Shown here: positions 18,031 through 30,278 of the stretch, in pieces
How the letters are laid out: each line of letters opens with the position of its first letter
Position numbering within the stretch: position 1 is the stretch's first letter
Assembly: GCA_045837725.1 (NCBI GenBank)
Contig: JBEWZL010000151.1
Location: 62,001-126,000 of the forward strand
From: Vermamoeba vermiformis
Taxonomy: Eukaryota
Reading direction: 5' to 3'
DNA length: 64,000 bases
Program-made: the position numbers and the translations under genes
The notes under the pieces: generated by a model
Seen by the model: the letters and a program-made list of their open reading frames with translations, nothing else
Told to the model about the DNA's origin: nothing
Databases searched by the model: none

Positions 18031-18464
18031 GAACGAAGTTGAAGTCGTGATCCGCTCTATGGAGATGGGTCCTATCAGATTGCTACTGCTCTTGGTATTC
18101 CCAGATCTCATTTTGTACCGTCAGTAGGCCACGCTGTAAGTTAAATAGTCTTATTCTAGAACCGCGTACTGGATCTGATCTCGTTGGTTTTAGGCAAGCA
18201 CGTTGGCTTTGAGAACTTTAAGGCATCTGTAAATAGCCTGTTGCCTCTTATTGCTCAAAGACTTCAATATATCGCCAACAGAATGCTGCCGATAGCTCTG
18301 TTTATCTTCGACAAAGAGAATCCAGATGCGATCGATGAGGCCGTGAAGAGCGATCTCAACAGCCTTCGATATTCTCCAAGCAACGTACTCATTGGTTGAG
18401 ATTGGTCACTAAAGCATTCCTCTTGAACTCTTTGTAAGTCAGATCCGATCCGTTACAAAAAGTT
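18031..18464 (+). pseudogene. Degenerate duplicated 3' fragment of the dynamin gene
   Basis: Matches 12754-13107 joined to about 13517-13620, including introns; carries a 10-bp frameshifting deletion and an internal deletion of about 0.4 kb. Confidence 0.92.
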
Positions 18465-18487
18465 TCAAACAGGACGTTTATAACAAT

Positions 18488-20138
18488 TTACTTTATTTGA
18501 ATTTTTACGAGATTAAGGATAGACTTTTGCTCAGCGTAACGTCGCCGGCTACAATAAAAAGCTAATAAAATAATTCCCGTAATTAAAGCCGCACCTCCAA
18601 TAGTAACTCCAATAATCATGCCAGTATAATCTACTCCAGGTGGAATATTATCTTCAAGACACCTAATAATCGATACTGTTAAGGTCAATTGCGTCGGTGA
18701 ATAGTTCGGCTTGGCGCTCCATTCGTCACATCCAGGCAAATCATATTCACTTTTAATCACAATCTCGTTGAAATCTCCATCACGACAAGCTAATTCCAGT
18801 ACAAGTACATTTATAGCGCCGTTGTTTAAGACTTGTTCCGTAGTTTCGTTCGACAATACTATGATTAATGTTCCGTTCAAAGTAGCGCATCCTTTGATAG
18901 TCAAAACAGCGCCGTCATTAATGACCAATGTTGAGTTCGCGTTCAATACTAGATTTCCTATGACCGTCGACACATTAACTTGCAAAATATCAACGACAAC
19001 AACGGTCTGGTAAGTTCCTGTGATGCTCAATCCAAAAACTCTAACCATTCCATCCGCCGCTAAATAAAGTTCAGCGTAAGTATCATTTGCACGGTAAAGT
19101 CCCAATGGTTGGTTTCTAAGCGTTGAAGTGTCAACTTGTACACCCAAATCTTTCGGAACCACTCCGACGGCGTTCGTTGCGTCCCAGAGTGCTATTCCAA
19201 CATCACCAGTGGTGAATATGTACGCTAATAATAGCGTTGAGTTGTCGCTGCCCATAGCAATCATATTGTACGACAGCAATCGGTCGTTGCTTCCTGTAAT
19301 TTTGTAATCACCGCTGTGATTGGACGGAATTGCTTGAATGAATCCCTCATCCAAATAAGTTTGATAGGCATAGTATAAGATATTATCGTACTCTATGAAC
19401 CACATATCCGTCGGCGAGTTTGTAATAGTGAAATTGAAGTCTTTCTGTAGATAACTTGCTCTTCCATCGCCAGGAATATTGCCAAGGTCATTTGCGTCAA
19501 ATCCATAAAATTTGACTTTTGCTGTGGATCCGTCAACGGTGACTTCAGCAATCGACACGATATCTCGCTTTGAAATTACTCCGTAAATACTCGGTGGCTG
19601 GGAAGAGTCGATAGGCAATGCGAGTACTATTCCAGAGTTATCAAAGGAAGGTAATAAACTAACGGAATTTTCGAGGACTCCGATGCCAAAAGTTTTTGAG
19701 CCAGCCACCGCAATTTTTCCAATAACAGTAAAAGTTAAGTCGTATGTTGTAACCAATGTGCTGTTCACGTATAATTGAACATCTGTGTTTTGAAATGCTA
19801 TAAGACTGAACCGCAGAGGGCTCGCCATGCAGTCGATTACAGCAAAATTGCTCGCTATGGCCACAGCTCCGCTGAACATTCCTTCGGCACGGATTGTATG
19901 AAAAACGTCGGCTTGAGTTATCCAAATCTCGGCATGCCCTTCAACATCGCAGATTTGCAGGTCAGCTGGTGCGATGATAGTATAGGGAAAGTAATCGGTG
20001 GTTAATTCTGAAAATACCAAATCTTCTGCTCCGTTAGAAATAATTAGTTTTTATTTTTATTTTTGTACTTTAAATCCGCTTACCAAAATTCCCGCCGTAG
20101 CATGACTGTATCAGTATAATAAACAAAAACAGTTTCAT
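18488..20138 (-). CDS. Type I membrane glycoprotein, paralog B (recent duplicate of A with frameshifted cytosolic tail)
   Basis: Exon 1 MKLFLFIILIQSCYG; ectodomain and TM closely similar to A; tail altered to CSRRRYAEQKSILNLVKIQIK. Confidence 0.85.
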
Positions 20139-20461
20139 ATTTTCTTGGATGTAGACACGTACTGGCAATTCCGCAGATCGCTTTCCTTGCGATAGATACC
20201 AGTTTACGAAATTAAATATAATACAATTGTGGTAGATTACAACAAGGGGATTCGTTAACAGAAGTTAATTATTAGAAATCTAAATTTGGAATGACCGGTA
20301 CAAATTTGGACCCGCTAACTTAAGTATTTTTTTCGCTAGAATTCGACTTTAACTCAATTAATTTAATGCCCGAACAACAATGACACAGTAGATAGACATC
20401 AATACTGCGATCTCCGGTTCAGTTCAGATTCGCCAACAAAAATTATAGGAACTGTTTCAAT

Positions 20462-22270
20462 ATGCACTTACGAGGGCTTCTAATCATTTGTATATACACC
20501 GTTGTAGTGTACGGCGATCAAGCATACTCTTTAGGTAAGCTGGCAGGTTTGTCTTCCGGTACAATTTTTCGGCCGAATTAAAAAATAAGTATTTTGTTAA
20601 ATTTATTCTCGATTTCAGTTATCGTTATTTTATATAAAATTTGTTAATTAATTGATTGATTTTAAATTATTAATTACTAATATCATACAACAGACCAAAA
20701 TATTACAACAATACCCAATTACGAATTATTCAAATTTCAAGTAAGCCCTTCGTTCAATCTTCAAAGCTGCGCGTATCCTAATGGCGACGTAATGGTCTAT
20801 GTTTCTGGCTCAGGAATAATTTATGGAATTTTTCGAGATGCGGATGCGCAAAGTATTATCCGGTTGTACGCAATTTCGTATAATGGAACTGACATAGTAG
20901 CCGACTGTCATACATTGGGCACACTTCAGATGATGTACCTTTCATCAAATAAGTTAATCTACAGTCTACTTACCAGTGCGAATCCGGTTACGGTTAATCT
21001 ACAACCCGGCGTGCAATTCAAGAAACTTTTAAATATGAACACTATGGACCAGACATATGTAGCAGCTATTGCTTCCAATGGAACTTCGGGGTCTATCTAT
21101 CAAAGCGATGCGACGTTTTTGGCTATTTTGCAATTATCCGCAGAAGAATTTTTCAACGTCGATTCGTCGAATTCCAAATATGGAAAAGCTGTCACCATCG
21201 CAGTCGACCCGTCAGCTCAAACTCCAACTTTGACAGTATACCAATGTAATATGACATTTTTAACCTGCCTTTCAACGACAGTAGAGTACCCCAACTTGGC
21301 TGGGAAATTTCCCAGTAGAAATTCATTTGCAGATTACGACAACGTTATGTATTGGTCATTTTTGGACTCTAATACGACATATTTGCATATTCAAAGTGTA
21401 CCACCATCATCGAACATTTCTTTCACGTACGAAACACCCTTAGTACAACAAACAATAGTCGCGATTGGATCTGACAACCACATCGTAATCTTTTGCGGAT
21501 TATCTCCGAACGGAGATATACTTTTAGGCACGTGGGACACGAGCCGTTCAGTGAACGAAGTCAACGTCACTTTTGTGGGATTTTGGGGCGCCGATTTACT
21601 GGGTGGCAATGATTACGCAATCTCATTTGTCAGAATTGGTTGGGATACAGTCCAATTATCATATGTAGATAATATGTTGCATGGATTGATTATTAAGTAC
21701 TCTGGCAGTGGATTGAATTTCACGGAAAACTGGCCGGATGAGATCCAGCCTTCAACAAATATTACCATAAATGGAAACCAAACCTTCTTAGTCAACCAAT
21801 CAATAACGATAGATACTCTAGTAGTCAGCCAAAATTCAACGTTAGTCGTACAAGAAGGAGTTGTGATTACTGTTACTGGATGCGCAGATCTAGCTGGAAC
21901 ACTTCGCGTTATTTTATCAAATGGAACTATTATAGAGGCCAAAGATAATACTGAAATCGAGTTTTTGGTGCTAAACGCGACGTGCAGATCCGGCGAATTC
22001 GAATCCGTTGAAACGAGTACAAATTACGATCTGCAGCCCTGCGAAAAATTAATATCAAAACCTAATTATAGCCCAACTCAAGTAACTATATTAGTATCAG
22101 TCGATGATAGCTCATGCAATATAAGTCAGGATCCGTCGTACGATCAAACAGCACTTATTATTGGCGTTTGTGTAGCTGGCGCAGCCGTATTAATTGTTGG
22201 TATATTATTACTAGCTTTTTATTATTCACCTCTGCGGGCTAAAGTATTTCCTTATGCAAAACAAAAGTAA
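20462..22270 (+). CDS. Type I membrane glycoprotein, paralog C (divergent)
   Basis: Exon 1 MHLRGLLIICIYTVVVYGDQAYSL (20462-20534); intron 20535-20693 splices in frame to the ORF; shares GCAxLxGTL, PNYSPTQ, the TM and SPLRAKVFPYA with A. Confidence 0.88.
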
Positions 22271-22518
22271 ATAAAAAAATTGTTAATGTTTGTACGGATC
22301 CCACCGGTACACTACCTTCGATCTAGATCCAGATAAATAACAAGTTATTTATGCCATACTGATATAATACCAGTATTCTTAGAGTTTGATATCAACGATA
22401 GGAAACGGATCTGGGTTTAACGTTCAACTTATAACTTTACGCGGATCTGATCGAAGTCTCTTAAAAGTTCCATAATACATCATAGCGACTAATATATATG
22501 TACCGTATATTTACTTAT

Positions 22519-24334
22519 CTACAACTTGGCTCTAGGCAAGGTTCCAACGATCTTTCCAAATTGAGTACCGTCTTTCATGGTCGTTTTAATAGCATTAGCG
22601 AGATCAGCCAGGCTATTGACATTAATGTCCACTAACGGCACCATTTTGTTCTTGGAAATAAATTCCATCATTTCTTTGAAGTCCCTAATAAACGAACATC
22701 AGTTTTGTACTGGATCCCGTTACGCATCAAAACAATTTTGAAACAATATTAAATGTCTCTTATATATACATATATATATTCTGCGGCTTAACTAAAATGA
22801 CTATATAACAGTAACTTACTTATCGCTGCCCATTGTTGTACCGAGGATCTTCAACTGGATCAAGAACACTCGGAACAAATCAAATGACTCAGGCTTGCCA
22901 TTAGTAGCTCCATATGTAACAACAGTACCGCCAGGCTTCAGTAGCTTCAATAATAAATCGAATTGGGGTCCGCCAGATCCGTCGATAATCAGATCAAATT
23001 GACCTTTGGCTTTCTTCAATAAAATTTTCTCCCAGCCCTTCCAAATTACATTAATATTACGATATTTATAATATACGCGTATATAAAATAAATTTCTGGT
23101 TAATTTATGGTTCCAATTTGAATGAATGTAAAGCGAGGTTTTGGCGCATCTTGAGCAAGTATGTAGTTTCCTTTTTTGGTAATAAACCTTACCTCTGTCT
23201 TGTAGTTGACACCTCCGACAACTCCAATCTTTTTCTTTGCCAATTCGATCTTATGTTCATTGCCAGAAGTGACCCAAACCTCTGCCTTTCCAAGAACGCT
23301 AAATTGAGCTGCGAATTGACTCACGCCACCTCCGATGCCTGTAATCAATACCTATATATCAAATATAATCAATATATATTACTTTCAACAGTTCTTATCA
23401 CTCGTGTCGTTCGCAGCAGATCCATGTTTGACACGTGTCAAAAAGATTAATTTTGTCGTCCAGAACAAGGCTGGAAAGGACCTCGTTAAGATATTGTTTC
23501 CGTACCTTCTGTCCAGGTTTCAAATTTCCTTTTTTGTACACGGCTCTGAATGCTGTCACGCCTGCCACTGGAATGCACGAGGATTGTTCGGGGGTCAAAT
23601 GCTCAGGGGCCAGGTGTAACCTATCATCGACTTCATCAGTATAACACGTTTTATAATATAAAGGCCGGCACCTATAATATATTAATAACATACCTATCAA
23701 TATCGATTACGAAGTACTCGGAAAAAGCACCCGGCAAAGGAGATCCAAGCATCTGTCAAAAAATTGATTACAAACTGCTCAATAACAAATATCGAGTATT
23801 ATAATAATATGCGTATACGTACCTTGAACTGTAGCGAATGAGTTTCTTCGTTATCGCCCCAACCAAAGGCCGGATTTGCGATCACTTTTTTGCCCAACAA
23901 GCTCTTATCGCTCGTATCAGGACCTAATGCCTCAACAATGCCACAAAAATCTGAACCAAGGATTACTGGCACCTGAATAATAGCTTGTCAATTCATGAAG
24001 ATTGAGACAACAAAACACAAGGCAGATCCCAGATCCCCCCTCCGCTAAACTTAAGGCTGTTCCAAATTATATTCATAAATATAATATTATATTATATTTA
24101 TATTTTCGCTTTATTTTCCGATTCTTAATGCGTACGCAGTAGTCGACAAAATATTATTATTACCTTCAGATTCGGGTACATTCCCTGTGTAATCCAAAAA
24201 TCTCTTCTATTAAGTGATACGGCTAATATTTTAATTAGTGCTTGATTTTTGCCTGGCTTGGGCATTGGTAGATCTGTTTTTACTTCCAACTCGAAATTTT
24301 CGTTAAACAATAGGCCCTGCATTGTGCCGCTCAT
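22519..24334 (-). CDS. Medium-chain dehydrogenase/quinone oxidoreductase-like (MDR) protein with PTS1
   Basis: AVSLNRRDFWITQGMYP, ILGSDFCG, IPVAGVTAFRA, ITGIGGGVSQFA, LKILGTTMGS, QFGKIV; ends in -AKL*. Confidence 0.92.
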
Positions 24335-25901
24335 ATTCAATTATTTATGTAATATGTGTGCTTTATATTTTAATACAAAGAAGACTAAATCTTTGGCGCG
24401 TGACAGGATTTTTCGTCCGGAGTACGAAAAAAGGCTAAAAATACGATCAATTCATTCGTAGTGCGATAAGCAATGTGTTAGCACATGAACTACATATTAT
24501 ATTATACTTTGTGATGAGTAAACGTAAGGTAAGCCTTGGCGTAGTAATTGCACGCGTTTCCATTGCTTATGCAAATCTGAATATCAAAGAGTCTCAACTT
24601 TGAATTAATAATTAATATTCCATATATTATTATACGCATTTATTAATAATGGCAAATTTGGTATGGGTGCGTCTAGAGAAAATATTAAAAATACTTATTT
24701 TGGCTCCGAAACGTTTTCTTTTGGCTACATTCAGCTGCAATATTATGTATCACAATATATCTAATATATTTATAAATATTTTATTACGCAATAAATTTTA
24801 ACAATTTTTTGAAAGGGAAGTAGAAATTGGCAATTGTTTGTAGCTCTGAGGACTATTACTATATGAGTAGAAAATGATACAGTTAGGTAGTATTGAAGGT
24901 ACCTGTTAATGAAGAGGAGAACTTCTTGAGGTAAGCGCATCTATCTTAGCTCGATCGCGTAACGTTGCGAAATGCCATTCTATTAGCACCAATTAATGAT
25001 CGATTGGTACCAAATAATGATACATCACCTATCAATAATAATACCGGCGAAAATACGCGGGATCCGCTCCGTTTGTGGGAGTTTGGATGCACTCGAGTAC
25101 GTTCATTGAAATTTTCAACCTTTTGACCTATTTTTTGAACATTTCATTAGTAAATTCTGCATTCTTAACACTACTTTGAGTATTTCCCTATTGTTACGTA
25201 TGAATACACGAATGCGTAGCGGTTTACAAGTTGAGTTTCGCGCGAAAAGTACGACAAAAATTTAGATGCCGTTTGCATCGGTTAATTTTTTCGCGAATTC
25301 AATAGGAATAGTACTAATATGGCATAACAAAGGTAATGTGGCGTTTGATCAAGTCTTGACGCCATTTGGAATTCGACAGCAGATCGGAATTGGAACGGAT
25401 CTGATCCCACGATCGTTATTAAAGACTTGAAATAGCGTAATTAGGTTTGATTGGTAAGCGAGATACTGTCTTATGATGCGAGTATAAATAATGCAGATAT
25501 TGCCTAAAATACTCTTTAAAAAGATGAGATCTTTCGCGTAATTCTACAATTTTAATAAAAATTGGATCTGCTCGCGGGACCGAATAACCGCGAAAGGCGC
25601 GCAAACCATGCGACCCATTGCTGTTTTAAGTAAAGAGCGACCGAAACTCCACGTAAATTTACGGCGCGTGCTAATTTTGGATGTGAAACGAGAAAACTGA
25701 ATGAAAATCGATGTAGAATTGTTTTGATTAAAGCCATTTGAACCTTTTCCTTTTTTTTCTTATTGACCCAGTGATCACAACTAGATAGCCACAATAGGCC
25801 CCCTTGAAGTACATTAGTTACTTTTTTGTTATTTGGATTTGACTTCGATGCTTCATGCTTCGCTAGACGTAGAGCCAGTTAGTGTAGTTTCTTGCAAGAT
25901 A

Positions 25902-26818
25902 ATGACCTCCCCCAGCGACGTGAAGCTCTCCAATGTAGCTCCAGGCGTTTATCTTGGCGACATTTATCAAGCCCAAAATCTGGATCTTTTGAATGCGAAC
26001 AATATCACGCATATTCTGCCTGTTGGTAGCAATTTATACCCTTATTTCCCTTCGGTATGTATCCTAGGTCACGCTAATATTAATTTAATTCGGTACTAAT
26101 ATTATAAAGCAGATATTCACGTATTTCCCAAGACAAATTGACGTTCTGGACAAAGATAACGAGGATTTGCTCTCGCATTTTGATGAGTGTAAGTATTATT
26201 AATTATTTATCGATGCGTATATTGACAGGTATCATTAGGCTTTGAATTCGTCGAGAACTGTTTAAAATCTGGAGGCAATGTATTTGTAAGTAATCAAATC
26301 TAGTTCAAATTTATTTCGTAAAGCGGCAAAGATAGCTACGATGCCTATAATCTCGTTTATGACTGGTCCAATTCAACCGATGATTACGCAGGCAATCTGT
26401 AATTGTTTGAGATCTCGATCAGCTACCAAATCCAAAGGAAATTCAGCCTTGCTAACGAACGATTTATTTGACAGATCCATTGCGTTGCTGGTGTATCCCG
26501 CTCCGCTGCCATCGCCGTTGGGTATGTAGCAATACAATAACATACAACTTGGAGCCGATATTAATTCTTTTCTTTAGCTTTTTGATGAAACAAAAACAAA
26601 TCCGCTATTTGGAAGCACTAAAAATTGTTCAAACTGCTAGAAGTAGTGTCAATATCAACCCAGGATTCACTAAACAGCTATTATTATATCAAAAACTGCG
26701 ATACAGCATAGATCAAAATAGTCAGGAATACCTCCGCTTTAAAACACAACACGAATCAGCGTACACGACAAACAGACAAAATATAATCTACCTCCCGTGC
26801 CCGGAATCTGTAAAATAA
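25902..26818 (+). CDS. Dual-specificity protein phosphatase, multi-exon
   Basis: PGVYLGD...NNITHIL, catalytic IHCVAGVSRSAA, and ARSSVNINPGFTKQL; an alternative upstream ATG lies at 25848. Confidence 0.92.
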
Positions 26819-26938
26819 GACTTGTATTATAATTGCGAAACAACAACCCTGTAAATTTATTGTTTGTTTGGAACTAGAGCGGATCTTGCTCCAAACGAGC
26901 GATTTTGCGAATAAACCCTCCCTGTACAGTACTTAACC

Positions 26939-29900
26939 CTAATCCATCGTCATTCGTTGTTTTAATCCGCTTCGGAGGTCATCCAATCTCGATTTACCGG
27001 ATCTAAATATGGTAAAGCCACTGCACGCGACAAACTTTGCAATAATTTCATTGTAAATTAATCCTATTGAATAGAATGCTACCGCAGCATGCCCAAAGCC
27101 CATATGTGCCGGCTCTAACGCCGCCACGCGATTACATTGCATCGCTGTATTTAGCTCGAAAAATCTTGCGTGACCCATGTCAAACTTTTTCAATAGCTTT
27201 GCAGCGTGTTGAATCATAGAGGAGCTTGTAGTGCACGATCAGTAAACGAATAGCCATTATCCATCTTTCAGGAAACGGAGTTTGATGGCGGATGGCACCG
27301 CTTCACTCCAGCAAGAATTACGCGCGAAGGAATAGGAAGCGGTGATTACGATTCTTTTTAAACATGCGTCTTTTAATGTTTAAGATTGAGCGAATTCCAC
27401 CACAAGCCCGCGGTAGAGAATTAAATCTTCTGCATGGCCACAACATAATTCTAGCACGTGTAACACCACAACAATCTTGTTTTTCATCCACGTCAAGTGC
27501 CTATGAAGCGGTGTTGTGCTTCGCAACGTAGTATGACGCATACGATCAGTTGCAAAGATATAGTAAGGACTCGGCGGGTATGAAAAGTGCATGTATGACG
27601 CGGATCTGAAAACGCTTTTGTTATTGTACTAAAAGTATCAAGACTTACGTGTGCGAAACAAAAACGGTGTTTTTATTGTTCTGTGGACATCCCAAAGAAC
27701 TTTTTGAACTTGGTTTTCAAGGAGTGTTTCTGCCTGTCTTTTTCTTCCTCGTACCGATTCGCTAACCGCTTGTTTCCTTCGACCAACGTAAAGCCTACTA
27801 GTAATATGTATATTGCTGGATCTACTGGCTTATGAAGGTAAATGTCTTTAACGAAGAAGGCCCATCTGTACTCGGCTTGTTCATGATACGGATTAAAGAC
27901 CTAAATAATACCGTATCAGTATAATATCTTACGAGAAGCCATCTTGGTATTATATCTGTGTATAGTATAGTTTCGGTTAAAAGATTGCTTTTGCAGATTG
28001 AAAGACTGAAGAAAACTCAACCGGATCCTCTGCGCTGAAAGAAATTTGTGTAAAAGGCAAGAATTTGTGACATTGCCTTCGCGTTACATAATGTGTACGT
28101 GACGAGTAAAAATAAAGAATTAACACCAAGTTCTCGATTGGATCTGCTTCAAAGAACTTACGTGAACAGCCGGTATTAATGTCCTGCCTGCGGATCCGAT
28201 AAACTGATCGTCTGGCGTCCAAAATGTCATATCGCGTAGTCCAAAGCTAAAGGCCTCCTTAGCGTGCACTAAAGTAACCGAGTCCGCTGCGTCTCTGTTA
28301 CAAATCTGGTGAGATTGAACTGAGCTTCAACTCCGCATCTGGCTTACCTGATCGCAAAGTATTTCTTCCTGCCCTTGCCAGTAAGGTACACTATATTTAC
28401 AAGCTTGCCGTCTACATCTTTGATTTCCATTTTGTCTTTCAACCAAAGTTAGAAATTTAAAGTCAAGTAGCGGATCGGCCGAGGCCGTAACTCGACTTAC
28501 AATTGGATATCTTTCCATAATACATTATTTCAGACCCTTTGTAATAAACGAGTTCATTATGCCGAACGTAAGTGACCTGATCAGATGTAAGTAAAATTAG
28601 GCGGAAATTCAAACTCGCTTAGTTTTACGAATAACTTACTGACGATAGTGCCCTAGAATGCATAAATACATCTAGTAACAGTCCTATCTTCGGATTGTCG
28701 CTATTAGCAGGTGAGTACTGTTCTGCCTCGAAAATCATTGGATAGTAGCTTCCATCCGGCGTGATCTGGTCATAAATTGTCAGCATAAGTCTAATTTATG
28801 GCTTTGTATATATGACTACATACCTTTCTACCGAAAGTAACGACTTCAAATCGCTCTCTGTACAACTTGGCTATGTCCGGCTTTTGTAACGGCAATCTCG
28901 AAAACATTTCATCGATGACCGACTCCATGTCCCTATTATAGTATTGTTATCAACCACATATACGTATAAAGTATTCAAAAATTCGAACAAAAAGTTTTGT
29001 AGAGCGGATTTGGCTCGTTGAAATTCAAATGTACCTTTCTTCCATTAGTTCTTCTTGCAGCTTCTCCCAATGATACATATAATATTTTGCATTGCGTTCT
29101 CTCCAGCCTTCAGAAGGTGTTTCAGGCACTGTATAAGCCATTCTCATCGTGTAACGGGACGCCTCTGGATGTGGTTTTGACACGTCATAATATTCCTCTG
29201 CAAAAGTGCTTTGCTTCGTCTGGCCATGATCGTGCGATCTCCTTGTCTCGTGGTATGTACTCGAACTCGTATAAGTCTCCGAACCTGCCGCGTTGGTCGT
29301 TGTATGCTCCGCGTAAGTAGCGTGGATGTGGTGACTGTGCATAACGGTCTAAAATATCAATACATCAGTATGTGGTAGTAATATTATCTCAACAGGCTAT
29401 AAGTGCTTACCTCGTAAGCCATTCGGAGCTCTACGAACTTGCGTTCAGCTTCTGGTGATTTGTTGAGGTCCGGATGAAACAGTTTCGCTCGCTTGCAAAC
29501 AAAACAACAATGTTAGCTATAAAAAGCAACTTTGGACGTGCAAATGTCCCTTGGTACCTTAATGAACGCCTTTTTGATGTCCTTCTTCGATGCTGAACGT
29601 GTAATGCCTAACAACTCGAACGGATCTGACGTGTTGCCAGAAGCAGCATAGAAACGATGGCAAAATTGCGGGACTAATTAAGGTAATATTTTAATAATAT
29701 TTTCGAACTACTAACGACGCTATTATCGCTTCTCTCTAATTGAAAAAGATTTTCTGAAATTACTCGAGATTGTTTGCCCTTACAAAAATTATTAAAAACA
29801 TCAAAATAACGCCTCAAGGGAGGCACTATGATATACTACCCAAATTTAAAATAATTATCGCTAAAATAATATTAGATTGCTCGGGTTTGAATTTCGTGAT

Positions 29901-29973
29901 CGACATCGAGGAAGGAAAACTTGCCTGTCCGGCGTTTGGTGAGCTGCGTCAATAGTCTTCGATACGTGATCAT
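26939..29973 (-). CDS. Mitochondrial DnaJ-domain protein with long uncharacterised C-terminal region
   Basis: Presequence-like MITYRRLLTQLTKRRTVPQFCHRFY; J domain DPFELLGI..SKKDIKKAF..RAKLFHPDLNK..FVELRMAYE; the splice EELMEER/DMESVID links it to the downstream exons. Not every downstream junction was checked. Confidence 0.8.
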
Positions 29974-30278
29974 GTTGGCGTCATGTAATATACAACAATG
30001 AACATTGAGAAATACGAAACAGCCTTCTGGGTCTCGTGAGCACGACCGTCAAATCTACGCAGGTCAACTTCGATCAATTCATAATCTCAACAACAAAGCT
30101 TTGCTACACGTGCCTCGTGTGTGCAAATGTCTATCAGTATTACAGGAAGTGAGAAGCAAACGCAAAGACGAGTTTTTGGTCAATTTTTTTTGGTGCCGCC
30201 ATATGACCGTTACTAACTTTTTAAATCTGAAACGGAGCACAAGAGAACAGGACAACTTGGCCAACCAAGACGGTCAAT

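Noticed and set aside
16047-18031. Helitron capture of the methyltransferase (segment ends in CTAG)
   Set aside because: No GC-rich subterminal hairpin and no clear 5' TC terminus; CTAG alone is too weak.
18184-18399. 71-aa ORF as an independent small gene
   Set aside because: It is part of the decayed dynamin duplicate and starts inside former intron sequence.
24335-25847. Possible gene or ncRNA in the 1.5-kb intergenic gap
   Set aside because: Only an isolated donor-like site near 24930; no coherent exon chain, tRNA cloverleaf or snoRNA boxes found by eye.
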